Shown piece after piece: positions 29,800-37,884 of a stretch of 64,000 nt of DNA; the stretch's first letter is position 1, and each line of letters starts with the position of its first letter. The DNA comes from Bryobacterales bacterium (GTDB lineage Bacteria > Acidobacteriota > Terriglobia > Bryobacterales > UBA6623): positions 1,632,001-1,696,000 of the forward strand of contig OY729428.2 of the NCBI GenBank assembly GCA_963422375.2, read 5' to 3'. The notes beneath the pieces are model-generated. The model saw only the letters and a list, made by a program, of their open reading frames with translations, did not search any database and was not told where the DNA came from. The position numbers and the translations under genes were made by a program.

Positions 29800-31713
29800 A
29801 TGACAGACAAGCGACTCTTTCTCTCGGGGGATGTTGGATTCGAGGGCAGCGAGCCGAGGCGGGCGTGCAGCGACACGTTCGACGAGGTGCTCTCGCGCCG
29901 GATCCAGCGGCGCTCCCTTCTCAAGGGCGGAGCGCTCGCCCCGCTATTCACCTTGGGCGCGCTCTCGAACCTGAAGGGCCAGCAGCCCGGATGCCAACTC
30001 ACCTTCTCTCCGATCGCCGGCAGCCCGGACGACGAGATCGGCGTGCCGGAGGGATACACGTGGGCGCCGTTGGCCGCTTGGGGCCAGCCGCTGACCCGCG
30101 AAGCGCCGGAGTTCGACCCGAACAACCTCGACCCCGCCGCCCAGCGCCAGCAGGTCGGATACAACTGCGACTTCGTGGCGTGGTTCGACCACATCCACGG
30201 CAGCGGCATCGTGGGCGTGAACCACGAGTACACGAATCCGGACCTGATGTTCCCCAACTACTCGGCGGAGACTACCGACAAGCGGCAGGTCGACTACGAG
30301 ATCGCCGCGCACGGCGTCTCGATGTTCCTGACGACCGCGGATCGGACGGGGGACGCTCATAGGTATCGCATGTACCGCGGCAGCGCGTGCAACCGGCGCA
30401 TCCACGGCGAGACGCCGATCGCGATTTCGGGGCCGGTGGCTGGCAATCCGTTGCTGGCGACAGCATCCGATCCTACCGGCACGACCGTCAACGGCACGTT
30501 CAATAACTGCGGCGGCGGCGTCACGCCGTGGGGCACGTACCTCACCGCCGAGGAGAATTTCGACCAGTACTTCGCGAACAACGGCGCCGTGACGCACGAG
30601 CTGGCCAGGACGGCCAACGACCGCTTCGGCGTGCGCGAAGAGGGTGGCCGCCGCCCTTGGTGGCGGTTCCAGCGGCGCTTCGACTTGAATCGCGAGCCCA
30701 ACGAGATCAACAAGTTTGGCTGGGTGGTCGAGATCGATCCGTACCAGCCGCACTGGACGCCCCGCAAGCGGACTGCGATCGGTCGCTTCAAGCACGAGGC
30801 AGCGGCGACGACCCTGTCCGCGAACCGCAACGCGGTTGTCTACTCAGGCGACGACGCCCGTTTCGAGTACGTCTACAAGTTTGTCTCCGACTGTGCCTAC
30901 GACGAGAGCGACCGCGAGGGAGCCAAGTCGCTCCTCGACAGCGGCACGCTCTACGTCGCCAAGTTCCACGACGACGGCCGCGGCGAGTGGATGCCGCTTA
31001 CGTACGAGAACGGCCCGCTGAACGCCACCAACGGCTTCACTAGTCAGGCCGACGTGCTTCTGTTCCCGCGCCAGGCGGCCGACCTGCTGGGAGCGACACA
31101 GATGGACCGGCCGGAAGACATCGACATCAATCCCGTCACGGGGAAGGTGTACGTGGCGCTCACCAACAACACGCGGCGCGAGGCCGGCAACGAGAATGGC
31201 GCCAACCCGCGCGCTCCCAATCCCATGGGCCACATCGTCGAGATCGAGGAGGCCGGCGGAGACAACGGCGCGACGAGTTTCTCGTGGAACATCTTCATGC
31301 TCTGCGGCGATCCCGCCGACGAGTCGCAGGGAACGTACTTCGCGGGATTCGACGCCAGCCGCGTGAGCAAGATCGCGAACCCGGACAACCTCGCGTTCGA
31401 CCACAACGGCAACCTGCTCATTGCCACCGACGGGCAGCCGCGGCGGATCGGCATCAACGACGGTATCTTCTTCGTGCCGACGGAGGGTCCCGAGAGGGGC
31501 TACAACCGCCAGATCTTCAGCGGAGTCGTCGGTGCCGAATGCGCCTCGGTCATCATGAACTCCGCGCAGGACCTGATGCTCGTGTCGATCCAGCACCCCG
31601 GCGAGGGCGGAACCCGCGAGGAGAGGGTCTCGACATTCGGCGGACCGGTGGTCAACCGGCCCACGGTCGTCGCCGTCACGCGCACCCATGCTCCCTTCCG
31701 CATCGGAGCCTAG
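29800..31713 (+). CDS. phoX: PhoX family alkaline phosphatase (DUF839), Tat substrate
   Basis: AAGGAG RBS, QRRSLLKGG, VNHEY, NCGGGVTPWGTYLTAEENF, GRFKHE, MDRPED, NPDNL, IQHPGE. Confidence 0.95.
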   Translation: MTDKRLFLSGDVGFEGSEPRRACSDTFDEVLSRRIQRRSLLKGGALAPLFTLGALSNLKGQQPGCQLTFSPIAGSPDDEIGVPEGYTWAPLAAWGQPLTREAPEFDPNNLDPAAQRQQVGYNCDFVAWFDHIHGSGIVGVNHEYTNPDLMFPNYSAETTDKRQVDYEIAAHGVSMFLTTADRTGDAHRYRMYRGSACNRRIHGETPIAISGPVAGNPLLATASDPTGTTVNGTFNNCGGGVTPWGTYLTAEENFDQYFANNGAVTHELARTANDRFGVREEGGRRPWWRFQRRFDLNREPNEINKFGWVVEIDPYQPHWTPRKRTAIGRFKHEAAATTLSANRNAVVYSGDDARFEYVYKFVSDCAYDESDREGAKSLLDSGTLYVAKFHDDGRGEWMPLTYENGPLNATNGFTSQADVLLFPRQAADLLGATQMDRPEDIDINPVTGKVYVALTNNTRREAGNENGANPRAPNPMGHIVEIEEAGGDNGATSFSWNIFMLCGDPADESQGTYFAGFDASRVSKIANPDNLAFDHNGNLLIATDGQPRRIGINDGIFFVPTEGPERGYNRQIFSGVVGAECASVIMNSAQDLMLVSIQHPGEGGTREERVSTFGGPVVNRPTVVAVTRTHAPFRIGA

Positions 31714-31766
31714 ATCAGCGCTTCGCTTCAGGCGGGTGCTTTCCATCCGTCTTCCAACCGGAAGGT

Positions 31767-31790
31767 CCGGGGGCGCGGCAGCGCCCCCGG
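31767..31790. terminator. GC hairpin between convergent genes (possible terminator)
   Basis: CCGGGGGCGC-GGCA-GCGCCCCCGG; no U-tract. Confidence 0.35.
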
Positions 31791-31850
31791 CTACGCTGGA
31801 ACGAAACCTGGAAGCGGCTGCGGGGCGTTCCGAGCGCGCTGCGTCTTCCG

Positions 31851-32126
31851 CTAGCCAAGTAGCCGGATGAGGATGCCGATCACTGCGACGGCGGCACCGA
31901 TCATCCACATCAGCATCCGCAGCTTGGAATCCTGTGCGTCGAGCTTGGCGTTCTGCGCGGCCAGCATGGCTTCGAGGCGGGAAATGGTGTAGCCGGCAGC
32001 CATGTCGCGAATCCTCTGGGTCGCAGTATACGCGGTGTCCTCGGGCGTTCTCCCCTCGCGCCATGCCTTGAAGACCGCCCGATCGTCGGTCGATTGCGGG
32101 GGCGAAGGAGGGTTGGTAGTAGGCAT
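31851..32126 (-). CDS. Small coiled-coil protein with C-terminal TM anchor (DUF1640-like)
   Basis: LEAMLAAQNAKLDAQDSKL heptads then MLMWMIGAAVAVIGILIRLLG. Confidence 0.62.
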   Translation of the reverse strand: MPTTNPPSPPQSTDDRAVFKAWREGRTPEDTAYTATQRIRDMAAGYTISRLEAMLAAQNAKLDAQDSKLRMLMWMIGAAVAVIGILIRLLG

Positions 32127-32426
32127 CGGGGGGCACCTGCGCCGCGAATGCCAGCTACGCCACAACCAGCCAGCGCCTTGTCGGCTCAGGTAACCGCGCC
32201 CTCAGGCTAAGACTCGGGCGGAGTCCTGTCGCATGCATGCCTGTCGCCGTACCAGACCAAGACTGACTGCGCTCTTCCGGCGGGGCGTGGCCTGCCCGAA
32301 CGAGAGCATCGCTGGATCGCGGACAGGATCCCGATAACAATGGGAATTATATATCTGAGTGCTGAGGGAATCAAGTAGGCAAATTATCAAGCCATTATAA
32401 GATTTCATATTTCTTCCGACTTTCCG

Positions 32427-32456
32427 TTGACATTCTGTGGTGTTTCTTGGTAGAAT
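32427..32456 (+). promoter_or_regulatory. Transposase promoter
   Basis: TTGACA-18 bp-TAGAAT, ending 23 bp before ATG 32480. Confidence 0.7.
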
Positions 32457-32479
32457 AGTTCCAGTAGGGGATACCGTAA

Positions 32480-33436
32480 ATGAAGAAACCAGGTCCCGGA
32501 AAGTGGTTCCGTAAAGGCATCACATTGATGGAAGTGATCGCCATGTTCCCCGATGACGAATCCGCGGAAAAGTGGTTCGCCTCCATGCGCTGGCCGGACG
32601 GTCCCGCGTGCCCCCGCTGCCGCGGCTCCAGCGTGCAGTCCGACGCGGCCCACCCTTCGATGCCGTACCGTTGCCGCGGCTGCGGCAAGCGCTTTTCGGT
32701 GCGCACCGGCAGCGTGACGGCCGACACCAAGCTCGGCTACCGCACCCGGGCCGTCGCCCTGTTCCTGCTGACCACCGGCATCAAGGGCGTCTCGAGCATG
32801 AAGCTGCACCGCGACCCGGGAATCAGCCGGAAGTCGGCCTGGCACCTGGCGCACCGCATCCGCGCCTGCTGGGAGCGGGATCGGGGCCTGTTCGCCGGCC
32901 CGGTGGAGGTGGACGAGACCTGCGTCGGCGGCAAGGAGCGCAACAAGCACGAGAGCAAGAAGGCCCGTGCCGGGCGCGGGCCCGTCGGCAAGACGCCCGT
33001 GGCGGGGGCGCGGGACCGCGCCACGAACGCAGTGGCCGCGCGGCCGCTGCCGGGCACCGCCGAGGGCGACCTGCAGGGCTTCGTGCGCGCCCGCGTCGCG
33101 CCGGGGGCGCAGCTCCGCTCCGACGAGGCGGCGGCCTGCGCCGGCATGGCGGAGTTCGCGCACGAAGCCGTCAGGCACTCCGGCGGCGAGTACGTGCGCG
33201 GGGCAGCGCATACGAACGGCATCGAATCGTTTGGGTCCCTGTTCAAGCGCGGCCTGTACGGCACCTATCACCGGATGAGCGTCCGTCATCTCGGCCGCTA
33301 CCTGACGGAGTTCGCGGGACGGCGCAACGACCGCGACTGCGACACGGCGGAACAGATGCGGCGCATGGCGCGGGGCCTGGTCGGCCGGACGCTGACCTGC
33401 CGGCAGCTGACCGGCAAGGCCGCGGTCGCGGCCTGA
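32480..33436 (+). CDS. IS1595 family transposase (open frame, many non-consensus residues)
   Basis: CPRC/CRGC zinc ribbon, KGVSSMKLHR, VEVDET, SDE, HTNGIESF. Confidence 0.93.
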   Translation: MKKPGPGKWFRKGITLMEVIAMFPDDESAEKWFASMRWPDGPACPRCRGSSVQSDAAHPSMPYRCRGCGKRFSVRTGSVTADTKLGYRTRAVALFLLTTGIKGVSSMKLHRDPGISRKSAWHLAHRIRACWERDRGLFAGPVEVDETCVGGKERNKHESKKARAGRGPVGKTPVAGARDRATNAVAARPLPGTAEGDLQGFVRARVAPGAQLRSDEAAACAGMAEFAHEAVRHSGGEYVRGAAHTNGIESFGSLFKRGLYGTYHRMSVRHLGRYLTEFAGRRNDRDCDTAEQMRRMARGLVGRTLTCRQLTGKAAVAA

Positions 33437-33865
33437 GCGGAGCCCGCCGCGCTGAGCGCGGCAGCCCGCTGCGGGCGCGCGCTTCACGCTCGGTGCGCTT
33501 CACGCTCGGTGCGAGGGTCGCACCGGATCCGGCATGCCCCGGTGCGACCCCGGTCCGGCCCGGACCGTCCATGCAGGCCGTCGAGCGCCGGGGATCCGCT
33601 GTCTTCGGCCCTCGCAGGGCCTGCAAGCGGCTTGCAAGGGGTGCCCTGCCACCGCCAACCGGGTTCCACCGGGGCATGCGAGGTGGCCTCTCTAGTCCGT
33701 TCCTCGTCCAATCCGCTGGCAGGCTCGATTCAGATACGATCCCACCCCTCCGTGCCTGCCGCGGCCGCACTCGAATGACCCCAGCTCGACACCGACCTCC
33801 CTGCTCAGAGCAGTTCTCGTCGGACATGGCGTCGTCGGCACTCAGATATATAATTCCCATAACAA

Positions 33866-34233
33866 TCAGTCTTTAGCCTGCCAGGTGAGGATCGGCCTTC
33901 TTGCCGCCCGCGTCTCGTCCACGCGATTCGTGCGAGTCGTCGTCGGAGCCCTGCGGACCAGATCCGGATCCGTTTCGACCTCCTCGGCGATTTGCCTCAT
34001 GGCCGCGATGAACTCGTCCAGTTCCTGCTTGCTCTCTGTCTCGGTCGGTTCGATCATCAACGCGCCTCGGACGATCAGCGGAAAGCTCACCGTATACGGA
34101 TGGAAGCCGTAGTCGATCAGGCGCTTGGCGATGTCGCCGGTCCGAACCCCGCGTTTCGCCTGTCGCGAGTCGCTGAACACGCATTCGTGCATCGAGGCTG
34201 CGTCGTAGGGAAGGTCGTAGTAGCCTTCTAGCC
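33866..34233 (-). pseudogene. gcvPB: 3' remnant of glycine dehydrogenase subunit 2
   Basis: YYDLPY...[49 protein letters not shown]; 5' part absent. Confidence 0.9.
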
Positions 34234-34247
34234 GGATAATTCATGAG

Positions 34248-34283
34248 TAGCCCGGAGGGCCATAGTCCGGTCCCTCCGGGCTA
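34248..34283. repeat. 12-bp inverted repeat at junction of two truncated genes
   Basis: TAGCCCGGAGGG...CCCTCCGGGCTA. Confidence 0.75.
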
Positions 34284-34289
34284 GGAGCC

Positions 34290-34477
34290 TTCCGGACGAC
34301 GTGGTGCATCACATCACGAGCGAGTTGACCGGAGAGCGCTTCGAGTTCGTCCAGCCGGCCTACGCGGGGCCGTACGAGCACAACCCGCACCCCAGCGAGG
34401 CGTCGCCGGAGACCCGCGCCTTGGCGGATTTCGCGCTGGCGCTCTTCAACCCCAACGAGTTCGTCTACGTGTACTGA
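34290..34477 (+). pseudogene. 3' remnant of DUF1553 (PSD1)-type protein
   Basis: ...ELTGERFEF...RALADFALALFNPNEFVYVY* immediately before the DUF1501 gene, the usual gene order. Confidence 0.75.
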
Positions 34478-34479
34478 CC

Positions 34480-35894
34480 ATGAAACGACCAGTCTTCACG
34501 GCGACGCCGTCCCGCAGGGAACTGCTGTATCACTCGGGCATGGGGCTGGGGGCCGTCGCGCTCTCGGCCTTGCTGCACGGGGAGCGCGCCGGCGTCCTTG
34601 CGCCCAAGCGAGGGCATCATCCGGTGAAGGCGAAGAACTGCATCTTCCTGCTGATGGAGGGCGGGCCGAGCCACATCGACACGTTCGACCCCAAGGCCAA
34701 GCTCGCGGAGCTCCATCTCACGGAGTTCGTCAAGGAGCGGAACAAGTTCGAGGCCAGCATGAACACGGGCAAGCGGTACTTCGTCCGCAGCCCGTTCGAG
34801 TTCCGGCGTGCCGGCAACCTGGGCATCGAGATCAACGCGAAGCTGCATCACTTCGCCGACTGCGTCGATGACGTCTGCTTCTACCGCGGGCGGCAGGCGA
34901 CCTCTGTGAACCATCCGACGGCGCTGTACCACCTGAACACCGGCAACCGCTTCGGGGGCGACCCCGCGATCGGGTCCTGGGTGACGTACGGCCTCGGCAC
35001 CGAGAACGAGAACCTGCCCGGCTTCGTCGTGCTGCCCGACCTGGCGTACCCGCAAGGCGGGGCGGGGAACTGGTCCAACGGCTTCCTCCCCGCGCACTAC
35101 CAAGGGACGCCTCTCCGCTCCCAGGGTGCCCCGGTGCTCGACATGAGCCCCCCGAGTACGTGACGCACGAGCAGCAGCGGGGGACGCTGGACTTCCTGGG
35201 CCGGCTCAACAGGAGTCATCAGGCGCGCCATCCGCACCACGAGGAGCTGTCGGCCCGCGTCGAGAGCTACGAGCTCGCGTTCCGCATGCAGGCGGAGATG
35301 CCGGAGGCGATCGACATCGATGCCGAGCCCGAGGGCACGAAGAGCCTGTACGGGGTTGGCTCGGAAAATACGGAAGTCGATTCGATCGCGCGCCGCTGCC
35401 TGCTCGCCCGGCGCCTGGTGGAGCGAGGCGTGCGATTCGTCCAAGTCATCGTGTCGGGATGGGACTCGCACGACTACATCGAGAAGGCGCACGGAGCGCG
35501 GCTCGATTCGATCGACCGCCCGGTCGCCGGCCTGCTGAAGGATCTGAAGCGGACCGGGCTTCTCGACGAGACGCTGGTCGTGTGGGCCGGCGAGTTCGGA
35601 CGCTCCCCCGACAACGGGATTCGCGGCGGCGGCACGGCGTGGGGCCGCGACCACAACGCCCCGGCCATGGGATTCTGGATGGCCGGAGGCGACGCCTCGC
35701 GCGGGGAGATCGTCGGCGCTACCGACGAGACCGGGCGCACTGCGGTGGAGGTTGTCCACCTGATCCGGGACATGCATGTCACGCTGCTGCACCTGCTCGG
35801 GCTGGACGACGCCAGGCTGACGTACTTCGCGCAGGGACGGGACAAGCAGCTCAGCCAGACGGGCGGGGAACTCATCAAGGAGCTCGTCGCCTAG
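34480..35894 (+). pseudogene. DUF1501 domain protein split by a frameshift at a C6 run (35148-35153)
   Basis: SRRELL Tat motif, MEGGPSHIDTFDPK, WSNGFLPA in one frame; YELAFRMQ, RRLVERGVRFVQ, GEFGRSP, GRDHN in the next. Confidence 0.88.
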
Positions 35895-36325
35895 ATTGCC
35901 GGTGTAGTTCACGGCATCTATCGGGGAATCTTCACGTTACGCCCTGCAGTAGTGTGCTCGATGTCTCCGGATTGCCTGCTCTTGCAAGAGCGGCTGCTGG
36001 CGCGAGACGCGGCTCGGTCGGCAGGGGGCCATGAACGGCGACTGATCCTGCCGCCGCCGCCTGTTATTCGGCGACGCTGGGCGATCCCTCAGAGGTCGGC
36101 TAGATCGGACAGAGTCTCCCCACTAGGCGACTGCAGAAATCACTGGAAGATTCAGGACGCATAGTGCGGATGACAACGCACCGCATGCAGAGGGACGGAC
36201 GCTCCTGCCGGGAGTCTCTGCAGAAGGAACTCTGGGAGACACCCTGACTCCTTTTCGGTCGGCCCGGGTTCACGGCGGGAGGTGCCTGCTGTCTCGACCG
36301 CCCAATCGGCGGCGGGAACGGTTCG

Positions 36326-36937
36326 CTACCTTTCTGGTCCGCAGTTTTCGCGTGTCGCTCGGCCGCGGGTCTCTTGCTGGGCGCGATCCCTCACCTTGCT
36401 CAGGATTTCCGCGATCCGGTGTTCAGCGCGTGGCGAGACCCCGTCGTGCGGGTAGACCGCCCTGTGGATGTCGCGCACTTCCTCTAGAGTGGTCACTCCC
36501 AGTTGCTGGATGAGCAGCTCGATATCCTCCATGTCTTTCGCCCGCGCTGCCCGCACCTTCATCCCCAGTAGATGTCGCGCGGAGGCCCCGGTCACTACCA
36601 GATAGGGCGACTCGAACAGCACCCTCGCCGCTTTGTCCGGCTGTCCTGGATGCCCTGGCATCCAGCGGACCTCGTCGTTTAGCCAGTCGTCGTCGAGTCC
36701 TTGATCCCGCCCGACTTCTGTCGCTGCTTCCATGACCACTTCGCGAGGGTCGATCATCAAGGCATCCACGTCCACCGTCCCCTTGCTTCGACGGTGGGTC
36801 AACATCATCGCCGCTCCTCCGACGATGTAGATGTGCGCCCTCACTTCCCGCTCAGCTAAGCGTACCGACAGCGCCTCGAACGCCCGCACAATATCGGCGC
36901 GGTAAAGCTGAAGATCCTGCCTACGGGACCCACGCAT
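36326..36937 (-). CDS. Nucleotidyltransferase (DUF6036-like), putative toxin
   Basis: IYIVGGAAM, TVDVD, DWLND, LLGMKVRAARAKDMEDI. Confidence 0.82.
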   Translation of the reverse strand: MRGSRRQDLQLYRADIVRAFEALSVRLAEREVRAHIYIVGGAAMMLTHRRSKGTVDVDALMIDPREVVMEAATEVGRDQGLDDDWLNDEVRWMPGHPGQPDKAARVLFESPYLVVTGASARHLLGMKVRAARAKDMEDIELLIQQLGVTTLEEVRDIHRAVYPHDGVSPRAEHRIAEILSKVRDRAQQETRGRATRENCGPER

Positions 36938-37364
36938 GCTTCTCCCCTCCTCTGGCATCGAGATCCAGCGGGTCGGGCAAGGCGCCGTGCCGGATGAACG
37001 ATCCCGGCGCGTACAGCACGGAGTCGATTCCAATGGCCCGCATGTCGGAGATGACCCATGGCGTGTCGAGGAACCGTTCCGGCTCTTCCACCCATGCTGG
37101 CACGGCCTCTTCATGCAGACGAGCGATGTGTTCCACCACTGCCGCCAGCAATGCGTCCCATTTGGTCCCGGTGAGGGCCGGTCGCTCCGCGAGCAGCGCT
37201 CGGCGCTCCGCAGGACTTGCCAGGTGGAACCGCCGGGGCAGGTCGTGAATCAGCGTCCGGTAGACGCTGTGGCGATTCGGCTCGTGCTCGATCACCCAAA
37301 CGTACGCTGCCAGCTCGAAGCCCCGCCGCATGATCTCAGTATGCCTGTCCCGGCGATCTGGCAA
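36921..37364 (-). CDS. Partner protein of nucleotidyltransferase, putative antitoxin
   Basis: PALTGTKWDALLAAVVEH...PAWV..PERFLDTPW...F.RHG; overlaps downstream start; start may be ATG 37331. Confidence 0.7.
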   Translation of the reverse strand: MPDRRDRHTEIMRRGFELAAYVWVIEHEPNRHSVYRTLIHDLPRRFHLASPAERRALLAERPALTGTKWDALLAAVVEHIARLHEEAVPAWVEEPERFLDTPWVISDMRAIGIDSVLYAPGSFIRHGALPDPLDLDARGGEKHAWVP

Positions 37365-37439
37365 GTGTCATTCTGGGTTTGCAAGAACAGCTCGAGTCGG
37401 ATCATGACCCGCTCGCAATTCGCGATCGGACCTCGCTCC

Positions 37440-37730
37440 TTGCAACTCGCTGGGCGCTCGGAGTGCGTTGTTTCGGGAAACCACCCGACGGCGCCGCACC
37501 GCCCGAAGACCGGCAGCTCTGTCGCCTGAGACCCTGCGATCGGGTCGCGGGTGCCGTTCGGCCTCGGCGCCGAGAACCAGAGCCTGCCGGGCCTCGCCGT
37601 GCTTTCCAATCCCGCGCGCCCGCAGGGAGGGGCAGGGAACTGGTCCAACGGCTTTCTCCCCGCGAATGACCAAGGGGCGCCGCTCCGCTGGCCGGGGACT
37701 CGACATCGACGCCGCCCCCGAGGGCACGTC
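37440..37730 (+). pseudogene. Decayed, internally deleted DUF1501 paralog fragment
   Basis: Aligns by eye to ~34905-35127, then jumps to ~35310-35340; in-frame TGA. Confidence 0.85.
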
Positions 37731-37884
37731 TAGCCAGTTCTGCGACCCGCTGGGTATCGACGTCGCGAAGAAGTACCGCGCGCCTCCCAACCGGCTCACT
37801 CCACACGCGGTCGTCGGCGCGACCGCGCCGCCTAGTCCGGGCGCAGGCGGCGCCGTGCCGCCCGCGCCCGGCGAGCCGCCCTCG

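Larger units (their letters stand above)
32342..33858 (+). mobile_element. Complete IS1595-family insertion sequence
   Basis: Perfect 21-bp IR GGGAATTATATATCTGAGTGC (32342-32362 / 33838-33858); 8-bp direct repeat ATAACAAT (32334-32341 / 33859-33866). Confidence 0.95.

Noticed and set aside
34905..37730. DUF1501 repeat pair as a diversity-generating retroelement TR/VR
   Set aside because: Differences are not adenine-specific on one strand, there is a deletion, and no reverse transcriptase is present
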